Part shown: positions 12,560 to 25,349 of the stretch, one piece after another
Numbering within the stretch: the stretch's first letter is position 1
Layout of the letters: each line of letters begins with the position of its first letter
Source of the DNA: Eukaryota sp. TZLM1-RC
Lineage: Eukaryota; Protista; Metamonada: BaSk clade
NCBI GenBank assembly: GCA_040285825.1
Contig: JAUPSS010000007.1
Span: 1,388,501-1,452,500 of the forward strand
Direction: 5' to 3'
Length of the DNA stretch: 64,000 nucleotides
Made by a program: the position numbers and the translations under genes
Notes under the pieces: generated by a model
Database searches by the model: none
The model's input: the letters and a program-made list of their open reading frames with translations, nothing else
Told to the model about the DNA's origin: nothing

Positions 12560-13315
12560 ATGAACTTCTATCGTTTGGTGTTGTGGAGCATATTCTTGAC
12601 CTACGTCTATCTTGTATTATCAGCAGTGATTTTGAATCGCCTTCATGCTTCGTCATCTCCCCCAGAAATTTCCTTCTCTTTAGGTACTTGTAATTCTCAT
12701 GACTTGGTCGACTATACCAATCCTCTTAACAAAAAGATTGGATACTGGCGAGATTTTACCCTATTGCTTTATCCAATGTTTGATCATCATTCAAAATTTA
12801 CCATATCACTTAGAATTACTGAAGAAGGTATGAAAATCAACTATGCAGGAGCAAAGAAATTGGTGCAATGGCAGTATGCTGTTCAAGTTTCCAACATCAG
12901 TCAATCCACAGATCTGTTCAACCAGGAATGCGTATCGCATGGTGTGTTTACTGTTGTTCCTTTTGTTACTGTGTGTCGTCCACTTGTGGGGGACAATAGG
13001 ATTTGCCTTTTTTTTGGAACAGATCGACTGCCATCATCATTTTTCCTTAAGAATCAATTTTCTGCATTGGATTACGACGAACCCAAGGAGACAAACCATT
13101 TTCCATATACTCAAACACTCATTTCTGCCATTCTTTTTCTTGTGATTACCGGTTCGGCAATTGACCCCCATATGTCCAAGCTTGATATTTCTGAGTTGAA
13201 TTTCTCTTCAGCTCTTTTGGCCATCATAGCCCTCATTGTTTTCACGTTTTGCATAATTCATTTACATCACACGCTCTTCATTTTGCTTCACTTCTACTCT
13301 CCCCATTGGTCGTAA
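12560..13315 (+). CDS. Orphan membrane protein (N-terminal anchor, luminal domain, C-terminal TMs); paralog of 21941-22750
   Basis: Both paralogs start MNFYRL.LWSI and share SPPE.SFS.GTC, IGYWR.F and VP.VTVCRPL.G. Start placed at ATG 12560 by comparison with the paralog. Confidence 0.8.
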   Translation: MNFYRLVLWSIFLTYVYLVLSAVILNRLHASSSPPEISFSLGTCNSHDLVDYTNPLNKKIGYWRDFTLLLYPMFDHHSKFTISLRITEEGMKINYAGAKKLVQWQYAVQVSNISQSTDLFNQECVSHGVFTVVPFVTVCRPLVGDNRICLFFGTDRLPSSFFLKNQFSALDYDEPKETNHFPYTQTLISAILFLVITGSAIDPHMSKLDISELNFSSALLAIIALIVFTFCIIHLHHTLFILLHFYSPHWS

Positions 13316-14718
13316 TAATAACAATTGTGATTCACCAACAAACGAGACTTTTTTTTGTGATTTTTATTAGTTTATATCAATATAATGTCTCGATACAAAA
13401 TTCAAACATTACACTTCCAACAATGTTCATTCACAGGTGATCTGTATTTGTAAATAGTTATAAAATAAATATTTTGGTTTTCCTATATGAGAAAGTGAGT
13501 TTCAGTTGGAACGGAGTCCATTGTATGATCAGGTTACTTTGAAATAATAACATAAACTGAATACCATGTTACCACTCTGGGATCAGATTCTTTTAACTTG
13601 TCCTGCCAAAAAAAATTCTTATAATGAAAAGATTGTCATACCGATTATTAATCCTTGTCTTATTTTTAGATTTTTTTTATATGCTAGAATACTCAAGCAC
13701 TACTATTTTAATCGCAAAAAGTTGGCATCTTTACGATGATGCATCTTTGACAATATTGATTTGGCTACTCCAATCTTCCCAATGTTAAATCTCAATTGTC
13801 AAACAATGCCAATGCTTGACATTGAAGTGTAAGCAACAAATAATAAATCAATTTAATGACTTCGTTCCAGCAGCTCCTTTTCTTTTCAAAATATACATTT
13901 CCAACGAAGAAATCAATAATTTTTTGTATGTTTATGTTATTATCTACATTTTTGAATTAGTCAGAAACAAAAAATGTGTTTTGCATTCAGATGACCGTTG
14001 CTTTCAATTTCTTTGCGGATTTTGTCTCCTATTCGGCCTGATAATCTTTTCGCGTAGATAAATTAGAAAATGTAGGAAGAATGTCACTACATCCCTTTAA
14101 TAAGTTATTTGTTCAACATGTACACTCAATAAAATTAAATCAAAACTAATGGGACGAGACCCATCAATTCAATTGTGATAACTTTTCTATTTTGCGATAA
14201 GAAGTACTGATCAAGTGCTCCATCGGCTTTATTGTATTGTAAGTTCGACAAATTGGAATCTTTTCGGTTGAACCCTTGTTTTCTTCTCCTTTTGAGTTTC
14301 TTTTATCTGGAACTTTGGGTAAATTTTTGATCATTTGATACAATTTCTAATTTGTTCGTCACAAATCGAATTACCATACAAAATTACTGGCAGTTTTTCT
14401 TCACAAAAACAACCGAACAAACTTTAGCAGTAGTTAAACGGTATATGCCTCTTTAGCAATTTGATTACGTCATCATGTAATTAAATATCAGCATTTCTTT
14501 TAGTCTGTAGATAAACATAATTCATGAATGCATTAGTATCACTACCATGTTTTACTAAAGCATTAAAACGTGAAGCAGTAAGCTCAGAAGCAAAAACAAC
14601 TTTCAATGAAACCAATTGTTGAAAACAAAAAGCTATATTATCTGCAATTTCAGGTGTCTTATTGCAGGCGATTTTTAAAATAAACGAAATTCTTAATGGT
14701 CCAGCAGCTTTACCATTT

Positions 14719-16846
14719 TTTTTAAAAACTGGAATATTTATTGAGATAAAAATAACCACCTAGAATTCAATATCCTCCAAACAAGCGTCACTATTACTGA
14801 ACCTACTCACAGCATTACGTTCATATTCTACACCAATAGCTAAAAGTGCCTTTGAAATCATTGTTGGAATAGACTTGAAAATGCAAAAAAACAATTCTAT
14901 TTAACCAGAAAGTGGAGTTCATTGTTTTACCAGACCTATTCAGTAACACTTTTTTAAAATTTTCCAAAAAGTGCAAGCCTGAAGATCCAATATTGCCAAA
15001 AAGAGAAATTGCAAACGGCACAAACTGATATTTCACATGTTCCACTCTACCTAACTGTGCCAAAGGTTCTTTATATTTTTTTATCTTCTTTTTTTCGGCG
15101 TTAGAACAACGGCGAGTCAGCGGAATACACTAAACGAGCAGCAGAATTTTTGCAAACATCCACTGAGACAACGTCTACAACATTGAGAACACCATCGATC
15201 CCTGGAGCTACTAAATCTGCCCTTCTTTTACCAAAGGAATCATCAGTTTGATCTGAAGACAGCTTACGAACTAGTGGCTCAATAAATGCCTCTATATTGA
15301 AACTTTTGCACATGGCATATAATTTTTTTTAAAAAACTGGAATATTTATTGAGAAAAGATCACGAACTGAGTCATGAACAATTGAGCGATAAGTTATAAA
15401 ATACTTACAGTTTAAAATATGGGAAAGCGTAACAACACTCTTGCAGCGACAAATTAAATCATTTGGTAATGAACAAGGCCATAGAAAACATCTCATTCTC
15501 ATTGCAGTGGTCCATTGGTGATCATTGAGTAGAAGGCCATAAATGTTGGGTATTTGGGAGATTAAGCAACTTGAACAACTGTCTTCAAGATCAATCAAAA
15601 AGTTTGCAAAAACGGGATTTTTTTCCTTAGCCAAGCTAAGACGTACAATATAATCCAAGTTTTCTAAAACTTTCAAGATTTTTTTCTGCAATTTTGCAAA
15701 AGTCAGTGGAAAGGAGAGCAAGCTTCTTGAAGGAAGTTCCACAATATCAGAGGGGAAACATTTAGTCCAAATATTGGGTGAAAGTGTTTCAATTTCCTGT
15801 TGCAAAGAAATAAGATAAGAGCTGCCACAATTTTCAATGAGATGAATTTTTTCAGGAAAACGATTCACAAATTCATAAATAAAATTCTTTCCACCTCCAA
15901 TAAAGGCAGCTTTACAAAGGTAGCTTGATTTATGAAAATCAACACCACCAAAATTTGTACCACAAAAAATGTGGCTTCGTAACTGAGATGCATCAATTTC
16001 CAATATTTTTGCTAAAAAATTGGTTCTTTGTTCATTAAAAATGCGACAAATCTCCAAAGAAATTGATGGTGATGTAGATCTCAAAATATGAGTAAATTTT
16101 CCAGAATAACAGACTTTTAGGAAAAAGAATTTCAAATGTTTCTCAATATTTAAATTTTCTATTGATTCTAATTCATTTCCAAATTGAGTCAACAGAGTCG
16201 AAAGTTGGCCTTTCACTTCATCAATATTTCCGAGATAACAACCCAAAAAACGAAAACCAGACTGATCATAATTGATAAAGGGGACATTGACATCATTAAT
16301 GAAAAAATCAATTGGTTCATGGCCAATAATCAAACATTTGGAGATATTCAATGAGAGACCAATATCTTCATAACGCTGTTGAATAAAAGTTGCTATTTGT
16401 TTCAGAATTGTAATAGGAGCAATTACAGAAATGTCATCCATGTATGCTGCAATATCTATTTCTGGGAATTTTTCTTTCAATTCGCACATTAATGGATGAA
16501 TTGCCAGACAAAAGAAAAAAGGACCAAGTGGATCACCTTGTTTAACACCTGAAGACGAAAGCAGGTCAAAGTTTTCATAGACCAATGTGGATGATTTTCC
16601 ATAAAATGAATAGAAAAAAGGCTCGACTTCAGGAAAATGCTTTTGCAGCAAAGGTAAAATGGAAGAACGAGATACAGAATTGAAAGCATTCTTAAAATCT
16701 AAATTGAAGATGTAATTAGAATCACTAGAATTAAAAAACACATCCGACGAAAGAGCAGCAGAAGAAGCACCATCAATTGTCCTGATTCCAAATTGAAACG
16801 GACTGAAAAATTCCTTGGCTTTTTTCCCAATTCTATTGAAAACAAT
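14719..16846 (-). mobile_element. 5'-truncated CRE-clade element (family C): RT + CCHC + RLE with short poly(A)
   Basis: LDFKNAFNSV, GVKQGDPLGP, AYMDD, CRCK..HILNC..HDSVRD, KRRADL..VDV. Imperfect 11-bp TSD CTTTACCATTT (14708-14718) / CTTTGCCATTT (16847-16857). Confidence 0.93.
15325..15357 (-). mobile_element. 33-bp copy of the family C 3' end plus A-tail inserted in the family C ORF
   Basis: TTTTTTAAAAAACTGGAATATTTATTGAGAAAA matches the terminus at 14718-14750. Removing it restores VRDQLYAMCK. Confidence 0.85.
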
Positions 16847-16922
16847 CTTTGCCATTTGGTAACCTTTTGATTAAGACAACAACTTCAGAAGCATTCAATG
16901 GATTATAAGTCCAAAACTCACA

Positions 16923-17149
16923 GAGGGATGACTAAGGTGATCAATTACTTTAGCCACTTTACATTACTTAAAGCAGATAAAGTATTTTAATTTCATATTT
17001 TGAATCGCTTCAGTAATCCCCGATTGGGAGCTGTCACTATTTCATCTCACTTAAAACAACTTTACTGTTTTAAGTATGAAGTATAAAATACAGCTTAAAG
17101 TAAATCAAGTACTTTAATTTCACATAATCAACCACTTTAGTCATCCCTC
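16923..17149. mobile_element. MITE, 227 bp, 17-bp TIR GAGGGATGACTAA(G/A)GTG, 6-bp TSD CTCACA
   Basis: TIRs at 16923-16939 and 17133-17149; CTCACA at 16917-16922 and 17150-17155. Excision restores the host reading frame. Confidence 0.88.
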
Positions 17150-17887
17150 CTCACAAATATTGGGTTTTGTACAAACAAAATTTTCTTCAGGATTGAGCTT
17201 CTTTGATTTATCAACTGTTTCAACAGTTGATTTAGCAATATCAGAGGAAAACAATGACTGAACTCTGGCACCGTACCTTCCTCGAAGACATAGTTTTATT
17301 CAATCGTTTAACTTTTAACATCGGATTTTGTTTATAGATAGCATTTTTGTTGACAAAAGATTTCTTTTTCGCAAAAAAATTTCCAAAAGCTAAATATGCC
17401 CCATTCATTATTCTTCTACTTACTTCTAAGTGAACGAAAATGAACAGACAATGGGATTGGAGAAGCAGGACTGACTTCAACAGGAATCTTTACTGGAGGT
17501 CTTAGAGTATCTTGTCCTTTACAGGGTCGAAAAAACAGCAATGGTCTACCGTGATTGACTTCATTAATGGAATTCTGGCAATAAGAACATGTATTAATAT
17601 CAAAAATTTACATCATTGTGGCTCGAAGCTGAATTTTCACAATTATCAGACAAATGCAAGTTTTCGGACAACGATACTTCAAAACTGTTTGCATTGTGAT
17701 AACTAGCTTGAAATTCTGCATTGTTGGACTCAAAAAAACAACTCTTAAGCACGTGGTTAACTGATTAAAATTTTAAAGCATTCATTTTATTGTAAAGTTT
17801 TGAAATTATATTTGTGTTGCACAACAGGGAAATTCTGGGTTGCCCCTTCGAGTTAATCACGCTCATAATCTAACCAAGTTAGAATAG

Positions 17888-19355
17888 ATGATTGATGATC
17901 AGAGTAATGCTCGTGCTAACCGCATGTCAGGTTCAGATTCCTTGAATGATGATAGACCTTCCCCTTCGCGACCTACTGATGAAACACTGTCTACACCACC
18001 TCTCCCAGCAAAACGTCTGCTAAGTGTATCATCTCTCGATGGGTCCTTTTTCATCAATCAGTATCAAGTCAGATCTCTCTTAGCAAATGGAAACAATAAT
18101 GTCCGCATTTATTGTGCTCGTTCACGGACCAAAGATGTTGCCATCAAAGTATTCAATACGTCCCTATTTGGCCATTCAAAATCAGAAGCACAAAGAAGTA
18201 TGATTCGATCTGAAATAGCTATAATGAAGAAACTATCGCATCCTAATGTTGTTCCTCTGATCGAAGCAATCGAAGATCCTCAAAAGGGCAAGGTGTACCT
18301 CGTTATGGAATACTTTTCCAAAGGACCTGTTCTATCTGACAACCTCAAATCAATTGTTGCTGTACCACCCAATTTAGTATGGAGTTACTTTAGAGATGCT
18401 CTTCTAGGTCTCGATTACCTGCATCAGCAAGGAATACTACATCGGTATAAACGTCGTTTCTCATGTTCATCTCAGTGATCTGAAACCCAGTAACCTACTT
18501 ATTTCTCTCGATAATCGGGTAAAGATTTCTGATTTTGGATGTTCCCATCAACTCGAGCATAACGAAGATGATACGCTCAGAAGATCTACTGAGAATTTTC
18601 AAGATTGCACTAGTCCTGTGTTTTCATCCCCAGAAATAGTAGAAGGTCTCATACAATGGAATGGCAAAGCTTCGGATGTTTGGGCTTTGGGAATTACTTT
18701 GTATATAATGGCATTTGGAAAGCTTCCCTTTCATCATCCCTCTATACTTGAATTGTTTAAACTAATCTGCACTCAAAAACTTGATTTTCCACCAGATGTT
18801 GATCCTCTGTTGCGGAATTTGTTAGAGCTCATGCTATGTAAGGATTTCACCCGAAGAGCCAGTATTAAAGAGATTAAGCAGCATCCTTGGGTAACTGATG
18901 AGGGGCAGTGTCCAATATCCGATTGCCATTTTCCTCCAATTAGTGTTGATGATAGTGATCTTGATAATGCGGTACAGAAGTTGGAAAGCAACAACACAAT
19001 TGTTCCAAAGTCTAATTCCCTTGTCCGTGTTGATAGCAGTAGTGAAGCCTCTCGCCGGAGTTCATTCATAAGTCGCACAGTCCAGTCTCCTCCTCGTTTA
19101 TGTGAATCATCTCGGTCCTTCAAGTCTCGCGGTTCTTCTATCCTTGATATCTCCCTTCCACGCTCTCTTGATCTCTGTGAGAACCCTGATTTGCGAGTAG
19201 ATACTTCAGTCACAGAAAATTTTTCTGTAGCAGGTGACTTATATGATTCTGATGTGAAGATGATCGACTCGGACCAATATGATTTCGTTTGTAGTTCGGA
19301 GGGTTCTGTCTATGGTCCCATATTTTCCTCAGATGAGGAATCTGATGTTTCCTAA
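17888..19355 (+). CDS. CaMKK/SnAK(GRIK)/Sak1-like Ser/Thr kinase, two exons (17888-18444, 18476-19355)
   Basis: INQYQV, VAIK, EIAIMKKLSHPNVVPLIEAIEDPQKGKVYLVMEY; spliced HRDLKPSN; DFG, SPE, GKASDVWALGITLY..FGKLPF, IKQHPWVT. Confidence 0.9.
18445..18475 (+). other. 31-nt GT-AG spliceosomal intron
   Basis: Removing GTATAAACG...CATCTCAG rebuilds the catalytic HRDLKP motif and joins the two ORFs in frame. Confidence 0.9.
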
Positions 19356-20423
19356 TTTGATTGTTGAAATTGTCTGTAGTTTTTGATTTTTTGTTTGCTT
19401 TTGTACATATTTATCAATTTTTGGTTAACATTTGTCAAATTATATCAACAATCAATTTGACTTAGTATCCCCGTTATGTGATCACAGCTTACTGGTTTTT
19501 AAAGGAACACAATATCTATGTTGTTCAAACCAATGAACATCAAAATCTTGATTTTCATTTTGCCAGTGGAACCACAATTGACCTAACAATTGATGAGACA
19601 CAATTCAAATACCACAACCACAAAATTGACATTTTGCTGATTCATTAAAACAACGGGGAGAACACTTCACCATGGAGCAGACCATTTTACAGAATAAAGC
19701 TAGTGATTTGATTCCGGTACTGTTGGTTTGTATTCTGTAGAAAGCTTGGTGCCAGTCAATTTTGTCATATATCGAGACTTGTTATTTATGTTGAAACTTT
19801 TCATAGAAACTTATTCTTGTTTTGACACAATATATTTCGTATCTATTCTCACCATCTCGATTCCTATAAGACGAGCGATGTGTTGTTGTCTTTCATATGA
19901 CACATTATGATCAAATGTGTTACAAAGATACAGAGATATCATTAAGTTGTTTAAAAAGATTCTAACAAGGAAACCAGAAGAAGAAACCAGAAGACTGTTG
20001 CTCTAGGCCAATGTTATCGAATCCACCACCTGAAAGAAGTGAAAATTGGATTTCGAAGACCACACCATGAGCATAGTTATTCAACAGCAGTTGATATTTG
20101 TAAAAAAAGGTCCTTGCTCGCAAAATATTTCTAGGAATTCATCATGGAGTCCCAAGGGACAAACATAAATTGGAACGTCGAATAGATAAGGAAAAACAGA
20201 GAAGTTTGTATGTTGCCATGAGCGTCCAAGATGTTGTATTGTTTCATTTCCAGCAATCACAATTCAACTCTGAACAGTTCTACATTTTTCTACCAGTCCT
20301 GTGTGATCACAAATTCGGTCAGCCGTAAAAGGAACAAACTCCATGGTGGTTGATGATGAATGTAATAACCACAAACCGAACAACATAATTAAAGCTTTCA
20401 TATACAATTATACATAAATAACA

Positions 20424-21035
20424 TTCATTCTTGTTTCTCATGAAAATTGTCGAGGAATTCTTCCCTCTATATGGATTCAGCCAATCAATTCTGTGTTTTC
20501 TGAGTTGGATTGTCCTGAATAGACCAATTGGTTTGATTTTGCTGATACACATGCGATATCCTATCTCCGCATTCAAGAATTAATATCAAATTTCGCAAAC
20601 TGCCTAGATCAAAGCCCTTCTCACTGTGTTGATGCTGTTAGGCAGCAATTTCATGGGATATTTGGTTTTACTGTCTAATAATGATTATAGAAGCAGAATA
20701 ATGTCGATATTTAAGAATCATATTATTGAATTTATGTAGATAGTCATAACTATGGTCATAAACTGCTTGATAGCACAATAAATAATATCACGGATGGCTG
20801 AAAATTTCATTGGGAATAGTTTGATTCTAACAAACTCTGCCTCAATTGAAAAAAACCCACCTAACTTTTTCAGTTATCAGCACTGTCATGTTAAAATGTT
20901 ATTATGGAAATGTTGTCTGTTTTCAACGCCAGCAAAACATTCAACACACATCTAAACTCAACATCCTCAGTTTTCGTGTGGTCTTCTTCGTTACTAAATG
21001 ATTTAATTTGTTGTTGCAAGAATGTGATTGCACAT
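20424..21035. repeat. About 610-bp inverted repeat arm; partner at 23908-24525
   Basis: Reverse-complement match at both ends and internally (e.g. CATAACTATGGTCATAAACTGCTTGATAGCACAAT). Confidence 0.88.
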
Positions 21036-21039
21036 TTTT

Positions 21040-21590
21040 TATTTTTTTAAACATTGAAAATTTTATAACTTATCGCTCAATTGTCCATGATTCGGTTTGT
21101 GACCAATTATATGCTGAATGCAAATGTTTCAACGTAGCGGCCTCTATTGAACCGTTAGTTCGTAAGCTATTTTCAGATCAAACCGGTGATTGTTTTTGTA
21201 AAAGAAGCGCTCCAGGGATGAATGGTGTTTTCAACGTTCTGAAAACTTCAGCTGCTCGTTCGGTGTATTTCGCTGATTCTCTCTTAATTTATGTCAAAAG
21301 AAAGAAAACCAGGAAATAGGATATACCATTGGCACAATTAGGTAGAGTTGAAAATTTGAAACATCAGTTGGTGCAATTTGATGATGTAAACTGTGATTGG
21401 ATTGATAACTCTGAAGCTACTGATGGCTTTGTCCTTGTCTCATGTAATGTTGCAAATAATCCTCTTGTTCACTGAAGAAAACTTAATCCAGGTGAGTGCT
21501 CTTTATTCTAAATCAGAAGAGAAACATAGAAATTATGATAAACATATCGAAGAAGCTAATGCTGGTAGAACTACACAATTAGTATTATGA
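21040..21590 (+). mobile_element. Decayed CRE RLE-region fragments (family C-like, then B-like)
   Basis: FITYRSIVHDSVCDQLYAECKCFNV..IEPLVRKL; followed by CDWIDNSEA..SCNVAN-like DNA. Confidence 0.75.
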
Positions 21591-21940
21591 TATCTACTTA
21601 TGATGGATACTTAGATCTTTTTGTCTGCTTAACGTTGAAATGGATGAAGTGTGATTTCTTCAAGATACGAATCAGAATCGTCGTGCTTTTCAGGTGTCAC
21701 ATAATTTTAGAGCAACGTATCTGGTATAGCTATGTTGCAAATCGAAGGAGTTTCCTTGTTTTGATCAAACTTTACATTTATTCGATAGCCCTATTGCTCA
21801 GTGGTCGTCTTCATCAGGTTCATGGACAATGTCAAAATCGAATTCAGATAGTAGCGGCAGCCATCTCCTCACATTTCTATTCTTCTTTGGGGCTGTAGCC
21901 AGGAATGCATCTTTTTGTGATCAGTGAAAATTGTTTTGTT

Positions 21941-22750
21941 TTACACAAAGCAGATTGTGAAATTGATGGATGAATAGACATAAAAATATGTTAAATGCAT
22001 GTATTTGGAATAAAAATGAAGAAGAACAGAGAGCATTTGGTATAAGCGAAATAAACAAAACAAATAAAATCCAGATGCAACAACTATAACCAAAACCATT
22101 GTAAATGTTAGATCATCTTTATCCAATTTCCAATCATCAAAGTCTGTGACAATGAATGTAGCAATGAGGAAAAGAGATGCAGAAATGATGGCATGTACAT
22201 AAGGGAAATGGTTTGCCTCCTCTGGATCCTCATAGGTCCAGGAAAAAAATTTATCTAAAACAAAAACTGCAGATGGAAGATGCTTTGTTTTGAAAAAGTG
22301 ACAACTAATGTTTTCAGTTCCAAAGAGAGGTCGGCAAACAGTGACAAGTGGAACAAAGGTGTGGTGATTATGGATCGAACATTCATTGCGATAAATATTG
22401 AGTGAGGGGCGAATAGTAGAGACTGCAACAGTATGTTCCCATCCTATAACCATAGATATACCATTGTAACTGATTTTCACTCCGTCTGCTCTTAAACTAA
22501 GTTGAATATCGAATTCATGCTGATCATCATATCTTCTGAAAAGAGTTAGTTCAAATTTACGCCAGTATCCAATACTTCTGGCAATTGGAGAACTAGAACG
22601 CATCAAATTTTGATGATAACAAGTTCCAATAGAGAAGGACATCTCAGGAGGGGACCATTTGGAGTTCACTGAGTTCAAGTAGATTCCAAATATAACCATA
22701 TAGATGTAGGTTACCAATATACTCCATAAAGTCAAACGATAGAAGTTCAT
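21941..22750 (-). CDS. Orphan membrane protein, paralog of 12560-13315
   Basis: 269-aa open ORF with the shared motifs listed for the paralog. Confidence 0.8.
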   Translation of the reverse strand: MNFYRLTLWSILVTYIYMVIFGIYLNSVNSKWSPPEMSFSIGTCYHQNLMRSSSPIARSIGYWRKFELTLFRRYDDQHEFDIQLSLRADGVKISYNGISMVIGWEHTVAVSTIRPSLNIYRNECSIHNHHTFVPLVTVCRPLFGTENISCHFFKTKHLPSAVFVLDKFFSWTYEDPEEANHFPYVHAIISASLFLIATFIVTDFDDWKLDKDDLTFTMVLVIVVASGFYLFCLFRLYQMLSVLLHFYSKYMHLTYFYVYSSINFTICFV

Positions 22751-23369
22751 TGAGAAGCCAAACCAAGTCTTATATTCCTACTGCCAAAAAACAGTTACTC
22801 TAATACGGAGTACGACAACACACTGTGGTAACTGTACACAATTCTGTGATGAATGAAAACAAACTTTAATCATTCTTTTCTGGGCAAAGGCTTGACAGTT
22901 TGAATCTGTTGTTTTATATTATTAAAAGCCTGCATTTGCTTCACAGTTGCTTCTGGATTCCTATGGGAACATACTCAGTATATATGAAAAATTAAGACCA
23001 CGATCAATTGAGAGCTTCTTGAATTCCACATGCCACAACTGCACACATTATGAAATAATTGAAATATCAAGTTTTTCTTTGGCCAGACCAAATCTTAATT
23101 TATAAGTCCACCTTTTTTTTATTGAACCAAATCATGTGGAAGCTTTCTCATGAAAAAAGGTCAAATTGAGAGTGATCGGTTGCTAATTTCTTGAATATTT
23201 TGAGGAAAACACCGAAGCCAGATATCACTAGGCAAATTATCTAATTCAGATCGAAGTTGTTTAAGTAAAAATTTGATTTACCATGGATCAGAAGAACATC
23301 ATGTAAGAACATTTGGAAAAATTCACAAATATGATTTCCAAAATATAATTTAACAAATAAGAATTTTAC

Positions 23370-23550
23370 AGGGAATTTATGGAAAAATCGTATCATTTTT
23401 GCTTTGTACAGAAGTGTTCCAAAGTACTTAAGTTTAATGATGTCCAAGCTGTATAAGGATTCATCTAGAGTTGGCGTGGAGAATTTTGTTTCTTATGTGT
23501 TTTAATTTGTTTTGTTTTGTTTTGTTTCTTCGTAGAAAATAAATATATAT
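23370..23550 (+). mobile_element. 3'-end fragment of CRE family E
   Basis: Matches 39405-39580 (GGGAATTTATGGAA..TTGTACAGAAGTGTTCC..GGCGTGGAGAATTTT). Confidence 0.75.
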
Positions 23551-23907
23551 TTAACAAATTTTAAACACAAAATATTTACCACCTCCCAAAGCAGCTGCTT
23601 TAGCCAAAAATAACTTATTTTAAAATTAATTAATTTTAGACAAAAGTAAAGCACGAAGTAAATCATCTACACCACGTGCCTCAGTATCTCACAAATCCCC
23701 TATCTTCATTATGCTAAATAGTTTACGAAACTGTTGAAAGAAAATGGGAAGAAGTAGTGTTGTTGTTACTGATAAACTAACATGGTAGACAGATGAAAAA
23801 TTCACATGATGACGGGGCACTTGTTCAAGAACAAGTATTTTTATTAATAAAGCTTTCTTTTCTTCTTTTCATCTTTGGTATTTCTGCCTAACGGCATCAA
23901 AAATAAA

Positions 23908-24525
23908 ACATGTGCAACCACATTCTTGCAACAACAATTTAAATCATTTAGTAACGATGAACACCACAAGAAAATTGAGGATGTTGAGTTCTAGTTGTGT
24001 GTTGAATGTTTTGCTGGCGTTGAAAGCAGACAATATTTCCAAATTAACATTTTACAATGATAGTGCGGATAACTGGAAAAGTTAGGTGGGTTTTCTTCAA
24101 TTGAGGCAGAGGTTGTTAGAACCAAACTATTCCCAATGAAATTTTCAGCCATCCGTGATATTAGTTATTGTGCTATCAAGCAGTTTATGACCATAGTTAT
24201 GACTATCTACATAAATTCAATAATATGATTCTTAAATATCGACATTTTTCTGCTTCTATAATCATTATTAGATAGTAAAAGGCCAAATATCACATGAAAT
24301 TGCTGCCTAACAGCATCAATACAGTGAGAGGGGCTTTGTTCTAGGCAATTTGCGAAATTTGATATTAATTCTTGAATGCGGAAGTAGGATATCGCATGTG
24401 TATCAGCAAAATCAAACCAATTTGTCTATTCAGGACAATCCAACTCAGAAAACACGAAATTGATTGGCTGAATCCATATAGAGGGTAGAATTCCTCAACA
24501 ATTTTTATGAGAAACAAGAATGAAA
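23908..24525. repeat. Inverted repeat partner of 20424-21035
   Basis: Direct reverse-complement comparison. Confidence 0.88.
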
Positions 24526-24539
24526 GTAATTTATTGAGG

Positions 24540-24950
24540 TCCTCGTGTCTAAGTACAGAGTCTATGGCAGTGTCACTGACAAATATAGGTCTGGGCTCAT
24601 TCAAATAGAGGGAATCACATGACTTTAATAGCAATTGACACGGATATGACAAATTGTGTCTGTCTGTCTTCGAATTCTACATCCACACCCAGAGCACTGG
24701 CAGCGGTTCAATCCAAATTCAACTGCTAAAACAGCTGCATCATTGGAATACTGTACTTTGGACCGCGTGCCCGTACTGGTAGCAAATCCTGGTGAGTAGG
24801 GCCAGAAGTGGGTGTTCTATCCCAAGACCCATTCGTAGAATGGTCACCTGCTCTTATAGCTCGATTCGATGAGTCATTATCGATTGAAAGATAATAAAGT
24901 TGCTTTGATGAACATAGTAGGAACAGTGTGAAAATCACTAGCAGTTTCAT
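24540..24950 (-). pseudogene. Possible decayed secreted-protein gene fragment
   Basis: MKLLVIFTLFLLCSS looks like a signal peptide and GC is coding-like, but there is an early stop and no recognisable family. Confidence 0.3.
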
Positions 24951-25349
24951 GTGTTGAGATGTGTATTTCGTGGTGTAATAGTGCAATATAAGGATCCTGA
25001 AAAAACCAGCTCATTTAACACAATTGAATTTATGACATTGCAATATTATGAGGGGTATACATTATCAATTCACAAAATCAAATACAAAATACAATCACCG
25101 CAGAAACTCAATTTGACCCAAAACTCTTCACTGGAACCAATTCAATTGATCCAGAAAGGGTAAATCAAGATATTCGAATCGAAAAAAGCATTTTCTATTG
25201 CAAGTCAATTGTTCTGTTGTGATTGAGCAAGTCACAAATGTTATTTATATCACATCATTTTAGGAACTTGATTCATTGGTTTTCACAATACCCCAATTGA
25301 CTTTTCCGGTTGTAGAACTATTTAGCTGTTGGTATTGTAGATAGGTAGA

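Larger units (their letters stand above)
14540..17240 (-). mobile_element. Old CRE-clade fragment (RT N-terminal region) hosting the family C element and a MITE
   Basis: Removing both inserts restores IAKSTVETVDKSKKLNPEENFVCTKPNICEFWTYNPLNASEVVVLIKRLPNGKAAGPLRISF..ELTASRFNALVK, typical of CRE RT domain 0-1. Confidence 0.8.
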
